A stretch of 64,000 nucleotides of DNA from Eledone cirrhosa (Eukaryota): contig OZ024743.1 of the NCBI GenBank assembly GCA_964016885.1, positions 97,216,001-97,280,000 of the forward strand, in the 5' to 3' direction. The notes under the pieces are model-generated. The model was not told the origin of the DNA. It made no database searches and saw only the letters and a list, made by a program, of their open reading frames with translations. The translations under genes were made by a program, and so were the position numbers. Of the stretch, positions 27,730 to 40,602 are shown one piece after another. Numbering within the stretch: position 1 is the stretch's first letter; every line of letters starts with the position of its first letter.

Positions 27730-28385
27730 AAAACGAAAAATGAAGGGAAAGGTTCTAGGAGGACAGAAGAATGGGAGGGTCAAAGGGAGCGTGATGGGCT
27801 CTAGGCCTAGAGTGCAGCGGTATTGTGGCTGCGCCTCGCCGACAAAATCTCAAAAGCATTACCGCGGACAATGGCCAGCGACACCCGATGCAACAGCCAT
27901 TCCACCTCGCGGGGCTCCTTCCTCAGAGGATCTTGCGGAGGAGCTCGACAGTACGCGGTCCAAATACGCCTGAGGTCTCAATGGCGACTGGTATCACAGT
28001 ACTGGGGTTTGTGGCCGAAGTGACTAAGCTGGAGGTGGAGAATGTGTCACACAATGTGGCGTTTCAGATGAGGGATATACCTCCTTCGAATGGGAAGAAG
28101 ATAATTCGATCGGGACACTTGCCGTCTCCGTGATCGAGGCCTGCTGGCGTCAGTTGTGATGGGAAGCCAGATGCGACCAGGCTTCTTCTCAATATGTCTT
28201 TGAGAGCAGCATGTGAGGGGAACTGGTCTGCGCTCAGGCGGAAAGACAGTGGGTGCAAGCCGAACCTGTCAACGAACGCCCCGCAGTGGCATTTATGTGG
28301 CTCACACGCGGTGGCCGAGGCATTGGGCCACTCCGATATGAGTGTATCGTCACCAAGAAGGGTATCGGTTGATGAGGAAGTTTTT
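27730..28385 (-). mobile_element. CRE-like non-LTR retrotransposon 3' fragment (restriction-like endonuclease)
   Basis: GC-rich; minus-strand GLDHGDGKCPDRIIFFPFEGGISLI followed by a stop and NATLCDTF matches the DGKRPDG..PW..G..LxWDATCxDT pattern, preceded by a decayed Cys/His region. Confidence 0.65.
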
Positions 28386-28723
28386 TAATTTCATGGCTAT
28401 TATACAAAACATTAAAAGAATACTTGTTTTGAAAATATAGATGTTTAATTTAAACTGAGATGAAAAGAAAGAAGAAATCAACGCTACAATTCCCTACGGT
28501 GGAATTTGGTTAAAATGACACGTTCTTCACACCCAAGCCGTACATGGTATTAGGAAGTGTCAGTTTGAGTAGAATTTAAAAAGAAAAGTCACTGACAAAC
28601 GCACCACATTTGTCTATTTATGTCACATTTATTTGATTGTTGAAAATAAGACATGAAATTGAAAGTAAAACACTAATTTCATAGGTTGCCATATCTAAGA
28701 GAAGACATCAAATAATCTACACC

Positions 28724-28802
<79 letters not shown>

Positions 28803-28913
28803 GAGAGTGTTGAAGCTTGCTTGAAGCATTGTGGAATAATAAAATTGGTTGCTTTGGAAGCTTCAGTAATGGAAATGGATAAATCTCCGGGTAACAGAGT
28901 CAGACAGAATCCG

Positions 28914-28989
<76 letters not shown>

Positions 28990-29877
28990 GAGAGAGAGAT
29001 GTAAGAGGAAATGAAGAATGAAACGTATATGGTGTAGAAGAACGTAGGAAAGAGTGTAAAAATAATAACACGAAATAGAGTTACCTTGGAAGTGATTTAA
29101 TTGTCCCTATATTTCGGATTTCGCATCCATCAACTGGGGCTTTTAGTCGGAGAGGGATTGTTGTCTATCGTGTATATATATATATATATTGTCTATCGTG
29201 TATATATATATATATATATTTAAGTTCTTTGTTAACTTCGGTGGGAAGAATTTTAGAGATTCCTGGTTAACTTGGGTTGGATAACTTTCTCGCATTCGTC
29301 TGTCTGTGGCGATTGTCAAACTGATATCAGGTTGTGTTGAAATGTGTGACTATATATAAGAGAGATTTGAATGTGTCTGAGGTGTGGCGTGTGGTGTTAA
29401 TGAGTGTTGATGATGATGAAGGTCCGGAGGAATTAAAGTATACACACACACACACACACACATACACACACGTACACACACACGTACACACACACATATA
29501 TACACTCAGAAAATGGTGAGGTTGTAAGATAAGGGTGTTTGTTTCCTGCTGGTTTTATTTCATTAGCTGACCTTTGATGAGTTTATAATGGCATAGCTCT
29601 TCCAAATCCATAAAGAATATATTCTACAGATTTCTATATCAAAGATGAGTTTAGGTGTTTGTCTGGGTTTTAATGAGGTGTAAGAAACATGTCTTTTGAT
29701 AAGAATGAGATGATAAGAAAAAGAGAAAAAAAAGGGAATATTTGTCAACGATGTGTTGTTGATATTGGTCTGGGAGAGGAAGTGTGGGGGACATGCTGGC
29801 TCACATATTCACTTCCCTAGATGTAAATGTATCTACAGTCCATATATACTACATACAAACACATATCAACACATATA

Positions 29878-29957
<80 letters not shown>

Positions 29958-29962
29958 GATAG

Positions 29963-30050
29963 AAAACGAAAAATAAGTGATGCATCTGAACTCAATTTAT
30001 TGTGTGCACAATAAATTGAGTTCAGATGCATCACTGATTTTTCGTTTTAT
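29963..30050. repeat. ~88-bp palindrome from the 3' tail of the 20580 HHR family
   Basis: Arms AATAAATTGAGTTCAGATGCATCACTGATTTTTCGTTTT align with 20672-20712. Confidence 0.8.
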
Positions 30051-30140
30051 ATTATATTACACACTGCTCTGTAAGAACATAGAGTGCTCAACCGACATAC
30101 CGCCTATGGAAGCTTCTTAGCTACCATCAGACACACATAC

Positions 30141-30254
<114 letters not shown>

Positions 30255-30442
30255 ATACACACACATACATACGCATCCACACCCATATATATATACACAT
30301 ATATATATACATACACCAAACACATATATACATATTATACAAACACACACATATATATATATATTTATATATCACGATACATTAACGGAGCCATAGACTC
30401 TGTAAATAATATGCTCAAAGGAGAGGAAATCCTGAGCTCTTT

Positions 30443-31000
30443 AAAATACAATATGTTGAAAATGTAACACACTAGAGAGAGATACAGTGCGCTATCAATA
30501 AAACAGGGAAAACCCACCAGTGTATGGAATCTATAACCTATGAAAGGCAGAGTATAGACACGATAATTAAAAATATAAATTAAAGCGTAAATAAATACCT
30601 CTATAACTATATAACACACGTACAAATCGTGTCTATACTGAAGCCACTGGTTCACTGCCCTTAAACACGCTGTGACTTCTCTCTCCCACCTGTAGTTGGA
30701 CGGTCGCTTTAAAAATTCTCTTAGTGTTGTCTGAAATGTATAGCCTTACACATGCTGACTAACCTGGGTTATTTCATTTCTGTCAACAACTTACTGGCGA
30801 AACAGATCACTTTGGATTTGTACCTGTGTTATATAGTTATAGAGGTATTGATTTACGCTTTAATTTATATTTTTAATTATCGTGTCTATACTCTGCCTTT
30901 CATAGGTTGTAGATTCCATACACTGGTGGTTTTCCCCTGTTTTATTGATAGCGCGCTGTATCTCTCTCTAGTGTGTTACCTTTTCAACATATTGTATTTT
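30443..31000. mobile_element. Inverted-repeat element with ~185-bp arms in (TA)n
   Basis: 30443-30628 is reverse-complementary to 30815-31000. Confidence 0.8.
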
Positions 31001-31003
31001 ATA

Positions 31004-31091
<88 letters not shown>

Positions 31092-33279
31092 ATGAAGTCA
31101 TTCTTTTCTTTTTTTTTCAAATATACCTAACTGTACCAATGATCTCACACATTTTCCAATATATATATATATGAATAAATTTAGTCCTTTATCAGTGATC
31201 TTCCAACCTTCATTGGTATTTCATCGCTTTAAAGACCATATCCCTCCGGTTGGTGCGAGCAACGGCTAAAGAAAGTCGTTGGGATTCTTAAATAAGGGGA
31301 ACGCGCGAGACTGTAAACAATCAAAGATGGTAATGCAACGAAAATTGAGGAAGAAGGAGTCAAGTCCCAGAAATCGATGAATATAAGTTTTAACGAAGGA
31401 GATGGACCATAACGCACCAGAGTACTCAATACCTAGGGTAGTAGAGTGAGTAATAGGAAAATGTATGACCCCGACGGCAGAGCTCAAGCCGTTTCGACGG
31501 CTATTTCTGGACTAGAAATAGCCGTCCGGACTAGAAATAGCCGTCAAAACGACTTGACCTTTGCCGTCGGGGTCATACATTTTCCTATATATATACATTG
31601 AGAGGCTTCACCTCTTATTGTGGGTTCATCGGGGATTTCTGTCAGCAGAATGTCGAGGTGTCTCTTGAAAACATCTACATACACATTATGTAGATATCTC
31701 AGATTTTTTGGTAGCGTATTAAAGAACTAGGGTCCTTTGAAACCCTGGCTATTGCAGTATGTCGTCCTTATTCTAGATGCGATGGATGGGACCATTGGTA
31801 CTGCACAGTGGCTCCTGTTCATGGCTGTTCCTTCTCTCAATGCCGAGGTTTGGTGCTAACCCTTCCATTCTAAATGTTTCTGCTTAAGCAAAGAAACAAA
31901 CCCTCTTTGTTCCCTTCCTATAAAGATGAGATTTATCATGCGTATTCCAGTTAATCATGTATGGAATCCCTTTGTTCTTCATGCCTCATACGTAATTTTT
32001 CAATCCCAGAAAGAAGGTTACATGTGATTTGACTGGGGCAACTGATTAAATCGGCCCCAAACTAAATCGACCACGAAATAGTCAAAGACAAATTTGATAT
32101 TGGAAATATTTGAATTCAGGGAAGAAAGGAAAGTATCAGAATATTGTAAGTTATCTGAGGCTCTGATACTCTCTGAACTATTAAAAGTTTATATCCCGCT
32201 TTGAAAAATTATTTAGGTAATCGTTACTTTGTTCAAATCCTTTTGGTGTTGATTTCATATTTCATTACTCAGACGTCAGCAAAATAACCAGAATAATGTA
32301 TTAGGGTCGAGTTAGTCGACTAAAATCAAACCCCGCCACAAAATATGGTTTTGTGTCAAAGTTAGAAATCAATATATTATCTATAATAGTAGGGCAGGGA
32401 GAAAAGATTACGTTCAGTAATTCCTCATTCAAGATACAAAAATTGAAACAAATTAGTTTTATTTCCATTATTTCTTACTCTATTGGAAATATTAAGAATG
32501 TCGACATTTTTTCCTGCAACCGACCATATGTAGATTCATTAATTATTATCGTTGTGCTACTGAATTTGGTTGCAAATGTATTTTCACCTGCTTCTTTTGT
32601 ACCTTATCCTATACAGACGTTTTCGTCTCAAGTCTAGCAAAACAACAACAACAAAAAACAATAATAAATAAAATAAAAAAAAATAAAATGAACAGAATAA
32701 AAGAAAAAGCAAGCTGAATCATTTTAAATCCTTTTCCCCGATGTATTTAGAAATATCTTTTCGGCTTCTATTTCTATATCTTTTCGGTTTCTAAATGCAA
32801 AATATTTGGTTCCATTAAAGTGTGAATGATCATTGCAATTTGCATATTAATTGAATAGTTTTATTTGTTCTATTCATTATAATTGATTATAATTTGTTTC
32901 GACATTCCTCATCTTGCCACTGACGGTCTTACTTAACAAGATGATTCTATTAACAGTTATAGCGATTTAAATATAAGAATATCTTTCAAAAGCCGCAAAG
33001 CGTATTATACTCAACATATTGTATGGTGGAGTAACAATTCATTGAGGAAGATCTCTGCATAAAAATAAATCTACGTTAATTCTTGACATATATAATATAG
33101 TGGGTTGAACATTTTCGATCACGTGAACGTGCTTAAGCTATAATGTATGCATTGTCCTGTTTCTGTGACATTTTAAAGCTGGGTGGAGCCCTTCTTCTAT
33201 CCAGATATGCATACAGCAGATTTCTTTCAGAGTAGGATAGAGCGTAAGAGAATAGAAGGGAAAAGAGATATAGAGGAAG

Positions 33280-33425
33280 AATCGACCCCAGTACTGGACT
33301 GGTAGATTTTTATCGATCTCAAATGGATGAAAGACAAAGTTGACCTTGAACACAGAGAGCAGAGAACCGAAATGAATAACACAAAATATTCTATCCGATG
33401 TTCTAACGGCTGTGCCAATTCACCA
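33280..33425 (-). mobile_element. Diverged SINE
   Basis: ATCGACCCCAGTACTG..TTTATCGATC..GGATGAAAGACAAAGTTGACC. Confidence 0.65.
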
Positions 33426-34965
33426 AATACCCAAGCTATTAGTAAAGTTATATCCCATAGAGGGAAGCTTAGTCTTTTAATTACGTGGATAATCATAATT
33501 CGTTGAAATGTTTCAGCGATTTTTTATATATTTTCCCTCATCCAAATTGTTTAAATTCATACTCAACGATAGTAAATTTCTTCTATTCAAATTTATGATC
33601 ACTCTTTCTCTTGTCCGATTAGTAGAATATCAAGAACAAATGAACGTAACAAGATAAATGGAGCAGTTTAGAAAAAAATTGAGTTCAATAATGCTGCAAC
33701 CATGCAACTATTTATTTATGAGGTTAGAATCTAAATCAAATTGAATTCAATAACATATATTTTACTGCACACCAAGAGGAAAATATCTACGCTTCCCTGA
33801 TGATGTCTTTAAGAAAGGTGAAACAAATCCCACTTAGCTCTTGCACTTGTCGATGTAAACATATTAGTCATCGAATCTTTTTTAATTGCAAGTGTATATA
33901 TCTATTTTACGTGTTTAACGTTCTTATCATTAATTATGTCTTCATACACATGACAACTTTGAAAATCCATTGCAGTGACAGATGTACCAGAATAATTCTA
34001 CAGGTCAAGATTATTATGAGGAATAATAATTGCACAGGAATAGACAAAACCTCCTATGAGAAGTCGTTGCCTTTGGGTAATTACTAAATAGCGTAGAGTG
34101 GAGGTGTTCCCATTAGATTTCAAAACCTATTGGAGCACAGTAGCTAGTTATACATATATACACATTGAAAAGAGAAAGTCATGAAATATAGTGAAATATA
34201 GCCAATATGTACTAAAATATTGACGTTTTATAAATGCTGAAACGATGTACAGACGTGTAGCGACAAATCAATAAATCTTTCACGACATTACCATAGCATT
34301 AATGCAGCGTAGCGGTATTTATTTGGATTTTCAATTTGTCAATAATGCTTATAAAGTTGTTGCCTATGGATAAGATGAAAGAAGATGAAAGACAAAAAAA
34401 AAAACAAAAAAAAAACAACAACTTGGTGTTTTTTACTTGTTTATAGGCCTTGTTAGAGTATTTTCTACTTTGAAACTGACAGTAAATTCTGAATTGAAAC
34501 CTACTGGTTCATCATTCTACACATGCACCAAAAACGCGTAAATGAAAGAAAATTATTGAATCTTAGGGGACATGAACTTTAGATATTTACCAATATTGAA
34601 TTGTCAAGGAATTTAAGAAAGCATGGTGATTTATACGGTTGAACCTCACATATGCAATATGGTGTAATTGCTTGATTGATTATAAAATTATCCAGGCGAT
34701 TGATAGATTGAAAACCTTTCTAGTGGTGTTTGAACCTTAAACAAGAAGCAAAGGAAATACCTCTCAGATTAGTTCATTCAACATTTTAGACAATGTGAAT
34801 AATTCAGATTAAAGTGGATTTGGTCTTCAAAACCAGCTTAAGAAAGGAACGGACAAGGTTTTGTTGTATTACACCTCTTCCACAAGACATTATTTTCAGT
34901 TGACAAGACCAATATAAAGAGAAATAGAAGGAATACAGTGGCACTGATTAAGTAATCAACACTAT

Positions 34966-35775
34966 CTATCTATGGCGGGTAAAATTCCCGAGATCCATGG
35001 ACGAGTTCTCCCAAGCGGTCTCTGTCCCTCATTATCGCTGCCATGTTGTGCGTCTCCAAGAGACCAGTGTCTGTCCTTAGGGCATCAACATATGTCAACC
35101 TCGGTCTTCCTCTTCCAGTGTGTCTATGCAGGGGCTCCCACAGGAGCACTGAGTGCAATGTCAACTCTGGATGTCGGTGAGCATGTCCAGCTAACCTCAG
35201 TCTCCTCTGGGCTACTCTCGAGCTGACTTTTGGGAGGCTCCCGTACAGTTCAGAGTTCTTCATCCTCAGTGTATACTGATTAATGTTCAGAGCCATCCTC
35301 AGCATTCTTGTGTAGCACACATCCACCATCTGAGTGAGTTTCTTGATCAGTATCCAAGTCTCAGACCCGTACAGCAGCACAGACTCCACTACAGCAACGA
35401 AGAGACGGATCTTCAGGATGATTCTGAACAGGATCCAGCCCGAGATGGAGAAGAAGCTCAGGGACAACCAGAATGGCTTTAGCGAGGGAAGATCAACCAC
35501 CAGTCATATCCTGATGCTGAGGAGGATATTAGAGTGAGCCAGAGCAAAGAGCCTTCCTCCAGTCATGGTTTTCATTGACTTTAGGAAGGCCTTTGATTCT
35601 GCGGACGTCACTGCCTGATGAAGATCTTACAGGCTTATAGAATCCCCACCAAGAAGACAGTGGACCTGTTATTACTGCTACCAAAGCCCAAGTCATTACA
35701 CCTGATGGGATGACGGAGTTCTTTGAGATACTGGCTGGGGTGCTCCCTACCTTTTTATCATCACAGTGGACTATT
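34966..35775 (-). mobile_element. RTE-clade LINE, 5'-truncated with 5' inversion and 14-bp target-site duplication (TSD)
   Basis: 3' ORF end on minus (KIRLFVAVVESVLLYGSETW..) and RT segment on plus (NRIQPEMEKKLRDNQNGF..FIDFRKAFDS). GTAATCAACACTAT occurs at 34952-34965 and 35776-35789. Confidence 0.9.
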
Positions 35776-36476
35776 GTAATCAACACTATAGCTGATACTA
35801 AATATTTGAAGAAGGGTTTGCTTGCTTAATACAAATAAGCCAAGATCACGAATGCTGCTTTCACCAGTTGGCCTTAAAGGGAAAATCACTCCAAATCTAC
35901 ATTGTATATATTTTACAAAATATTTCAATAAATTGATCTTATTCGAGTTAGCATCTTTTCATGTTATTTCTAGATTGTAAAAACTTCCGAGGGAAGATTT
36001 TGTAATTTACATCCATAAGCAAATAAAAATTCAACAGATCGAAGTTTTTCAATTAATCATACTACATATGTGAGCCCCAACCGCATGTGTATGCAGAACA
36101 CCCTCAACCAACTATACTGGTGATAAATCTCGTAGTCGCTTTATATACACTGTTAGTAAGCATCATGCAATATATGATTACACATATTTACCGTCTATTA
36201 TCGGATCTCTCCAAGGTCAGCCGTGTGTTTTATATCTCCAGAGTTGATAGGTGCTGAGATCGATATGATCGACTTTATATGACGCAGATGTTTGTTAATT
36301 GATGACGATAATGAAATTTCGCACTGACTATCAAAAGAATCTGTTTATGGGGAGAGAGGATTGGACGGATTATCTGTTAGCGGGTTTTGAGAGTGAGGTA
36401 GAGTGTAAATAACTAATAGATCAGAAACGAATGCATTACGATGTGGATTGTTGTTGTTTAGCCCCTGGTTTATACC

Positions 36477-37016
36477 CAAGAAGGTATATGAGCAAATGTG
36501 TTCCTTACATTGAATATTATTTTGCTATGATCAAGAAGGTATATGGGCAAATGTGTTCCTTACATTGAATATTATTTCGCTATGATCAAGAAGGTATATG
36601 AGCAAATGTGTTCCTTACATTGAATATTATTTTGTTATGATCAAGAAGGTATATGAGCAAATGAGTTCCTTACATTGAATATTATTTTGCTATGATCAAG
36701 AAGGTATATGAGCAAATGTGTTCCTTACATTGAATATTATTTTGTTATGATCAAGAAGGTATATGAGCAAATGAGTTCCTTACATTGAATATTATTTTGC
36801 TATGATCAAGAAGGTATATGAGCAAATGTGTTCCTTACATTGAATATTATTTTGCTATGATCAAGAAGGTATATGAGCAAATGTGTTCCTTACATTGAAT
36901 ATTATTTTGCTATGATCAAGAAGGTATATGAGCAAATGTGTTCCTTACATTGAATATTATTTTGCTATGATCAAGAAGGTATATGAGCAAATGTGTTCCT
37001 TACATTGAATATTTTT
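36477..37016. repeat. 55-bp minisatellite, ~9.8 copies
   Basis: Unit CAAGAAGGTATATGAGCAAATGTGTTCCTTACATTGAATATTATTTTGCTATGAT, starting at 36477, 36532 ... 36972. Confidence 0.97.
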
Positions 37017-37810
37017 TTCAGACATAGTATATCTTGTGCGGCATTATCCAATGTGTCTTCTCTTTGAGAGACAATAAAACTTAATTAGAGGAAGCCATTG
37101 TTATACGATTTAGCATAACCGGTGCCCTGTTGCGCGCTCCTACATTATCTCATTTAGAGGCTTCCCTGTCAACTTGTATTGAAGCTTCCCTATTAGTGTG
37201 TTTAGAAGTGAACACCCTATTTGGGCTTGTATAGAGACTCTTCTGTTAGTTTGAGCAGAAGTACCCTTTTGGATTTGTATAGTGATTTCTCTGTGTAGGA
37301 GTTACCTTCCTGGCCTGTATAGTGACTTGTCTGTCTTTGTAGAGATTCTCGTCTTGGTTTGTACAGAAACTCCTATGTTAGGTTCCTTGGCATGACTAGA
37401 GGACCATCTGTTGTTTTGTGAAAAAGCTCTCCTGTTGCTTTCAGTAGATACTCTCTTGTTGACTTATGTAGCGATTCCTGTTATGGTGCGTGTACAGATT
37501 ATCACATTAACGCGTATCGGGGTTCCTGTACATATTCTCACATTAGCTTTTGTGTTATGTGTTTGTTCATATACAGGCACCTTTATTAGCCGGTGTAGAG
37601 GCTTCCTCATAACCTAAAGTAAATGTTTAGTGGGGGAGAGGCACTCAATGCTACTTAAAAAAAGATCAATCATGGTTTATAAAGATAGCAGGACATGGCA
37701 TGTCGAGGGGAATGAAATTATACCAATCAGACGGATTGCATGTTTTCTGGAATGTGATCCACAATGTGCGTGCACTATCACAGATATGTGAGCATTATTC
37801 CAAGGTAAGA

Positions 37811-38005
37811 GGGCGGTGGATTGGCAGTATCGGTGGAGTGTCAGACGCCATGCTTTGCAGCAAAGAGTTACGGCCTTTTTTCGATCTGAGTTCAAATCCC
37901 GCCGAAACTAACATTGCCTTTCATCCTTACGGGGTCGATAAAATAAAGTACCAGTAATGCACTGGGATAATTGCTGGCCTTGTGCCAAAAGTAGAAACAA
38001 TTATT
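37811..38005 (+). mobile_element. tRNA-derived SINE, full length
   Basis: A box TGGCAGTATCGG, B box GAGTTCAAATCC, core and tail GGCCTTGTGCCAAAAGTAGAAACAATTATT. Confidence 0.92.
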
Positions 38006-39378
38006 CCAATGTAAGAGATATATGCTGGAGATGATCAGTTATATATCATCTTGTTCTAAAAAGGAGGACCAAAGTTTGGCAATTTTGTTTAGCAAAATTT
38101 TAGATGTCTTATGAGATAATGTATTATAATATGGAGAGGGAAAATAGAATGACTGTACATAGTAGTTAAAACCGCTAAAAATAGCAGTCAAATCCACTTC
38201 ATACCGTCTTGAAACAGGAATGACACGCTGGCTAATGTGGTCCTAGATAAACTATGACTGAAAACAAAAGATGCCATCGTCATATCAGGATTGTCTTCGA
38301 CCAGGGATGACGTGAGTGTAAACAACAACAGCCGTAAAAGTCTTATCAGTGTTCCTCATTAGTTGAGGTTAGGAGTAGAGACAGTTTCTTTACACTGTGT
38401 AGTGATTCAGTCCTTGTGCTGTTGAAGAGGACTAAGAAGTTTTATCTTCACTTGGATATATTATCCAGATGTGTTAAATAGAATATCTAAAATGACTATT
38501 TTCATTAACACCAAAGGGATGTGATATTTAATTGACTTTAAGTTAGAATCGAACCCAGTAACAGTGGGTATCTCGTCTGCACTACATGTTCACCTAGATA
38601 TGTTGATGGCATCAAATTATATTTCTGAAAACATTAACTTGTATTTAATCCTTATGGGAAAATATATTAATTATTTTTAGATGAGTGGGATTGGAAATAT
38701 GATATTTATTAAAATGTTCCGATGAACTTTGAAAGTATTAATTAAAATCTATACAGCAGTCTTTGATGCTGTAATGAAATAAAAAAGTAAATATGTTGAT
38801 CTGTTAAAGTTCAGTCAATGATAGACGGTTACTACCTTCGGAAAAGGGCAAAATAACCTTCACTTGCTGGTTAATCCCACGTCAAATTTATTCAAACAGA
38901 CTTATGAGCAGAGGTATCCATCAACTAAGAAGATCTAAGACTGCATTATCTAATGTATCTTGTCCATTCTTAAGACAGTAGGATGTGAAGAGAGAACTTT
39001 GGCCTGCAGGTTGTGCGAATGTGAAGAGGATACGTTGCCTCGTAACTTTCATTTTCTTAGAACGTGTTTCATTTTATTTCTCATTTTGTTTCTCCCGTGA
39101 GCAACCTACTATATATATAATGATATTATCTATGTTATCTGTGTATATAGTTTACTGTAGGTATATTCATAGGATGTGTTCTCGGGTTTTCTACTGTCTT
39201 TGTATTTTGTTTGCCCTCACTCGTTTATTGGTTTTAGTAATTAGACTGAGTACTTACTGTGGTATCGCCATGAAGAGGTTTAGCCGATCATATCGATCAG
39301 TATCTTCAATTCTTGTACTTGTTTTATCGATCTCATTTGTGTTTAAACGCTAGATTACGGGACACAAACAGTAAACGT

Positions 39379-39473
<95 letters not shown>

Positions 39474-39689
39474 AACAAACAGACAAACAAACAAACAAAC
39501 AAACAAACAAACAAATACGCACACTTATCTATGTATGCACCAACATATCTATTTAGATATCTATCCATATTCGGACAACAAAAGTAATACCAACGAAGTC
39601 ACTCACCGAGCAGTAACTGGGTTATTTTTACGATCACCTATCAAAGTTGTTTTTATTTCCTGTTAATGTAACGCTAGGTAAATCCCAAT

Positions 39690-40070
39690 CCATTAGATGA
39701 CTTTCTGAAACTAATTGAAATGAATATAAAATAAAATACGGTGTTGGTCAGAGGAAGATTATCAGGGAAAACTTGGGGATTCAATCGTCTTACTCTCCCC
39801 CTCTTCCACCCTACATACTCACATATACATGAGGACTGCAGCGGCTTCACAGACAATTGCCGTCTGTTATTGATTCTTCGTAATCATCCCATCTGCGTGC
39901 ATGACTTCGTTGATGACTTTGTAGATCAGCTGCAGATCTGTATGGTTTACGACACAGGTCACAGAAGAGAGTTGTGCTTTCCACAGGTCCGGTGGGGTCA
40001 CCCTGTGGGACACAATCTTTATGTACCACACTGTTTTTTTTCTAGCCCGGAACTAGTTTACCAGACTTAG
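39690..40070 (-). mobile_element. RTE/BovB-like LINE 3' end with C2H2 finger
   Basis: FCDLCRKPYRSAADLQSHQRSH. Confidence 0.6.
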
Positions 40071-40071
40071 T

Positions 40072-40164
<93 letters not shown>

Positions 40165-40368
40165 ATATATATATATATATATAGGAAAAAGTATGACACC
40201 GACGGCAGAGCCCAAGCCGTTTCGACGGCTAGTCCAGAAATAGCCGGCGAAGCGGCTTGAGCTCTGCCGTCGGGGGTCATACTTTTTCCTATTTCCCACT
40301 CTACTACCCTAAGTATTGAGTACTCTGGTGCGTTATGGTCGATTTGGTTCCTTACCACAATTCCTTTG

Positions 40369-40410
<42 letters not shown>

Positions 40411-40559
40411 TGTTATACTTTGGGAGGGTCATGTTGCCAATAAGAAACACACGCACCAGTTGCTTCACTTCAATTTATTATAATACATTTATAAATTTAG
40501 GAATTTATAAATTTTCGGTTGGTTGGTTGGTTCAACAACCAGATGGTTGTTTATATATT

Positions 40560-40602
40560 GTCAAAGTTCTTTCGTCACACATTCTGTGACTTCTTCAGTG
40601 AC
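40560..40602 (-). ncRNA. Minimal HHR in PLE 3 pLTR (left)
   Basis: Minus strand: GUCA-CUGAAGA-A-GUCACAGAAUGUGUGAC-GAAA-GAAC-UU-UGAC. Confidence 0.7.

Noticed and set aside
29100-29145. HHR-like fold on minus strand (also 30105-30130 and ~20880-20915)
   Set aside because: Several core mismatches or missing GAAA; not distinguishable from chance.
36477-37016. CRISPR-like array
   Set aside because: Units are contiguous and near-identical with no unique spacers; eukaryotic context; no cas genes.
37130-37620. Degenerate ~30-bp periodic repeat
   Set aside because: Too diverged to define a unit by eye; probably an old minisatellite.
37811-37910. tRNA gene
   Set aside because: A/B boxes belong to the SINE head; no complete cloverleaf.
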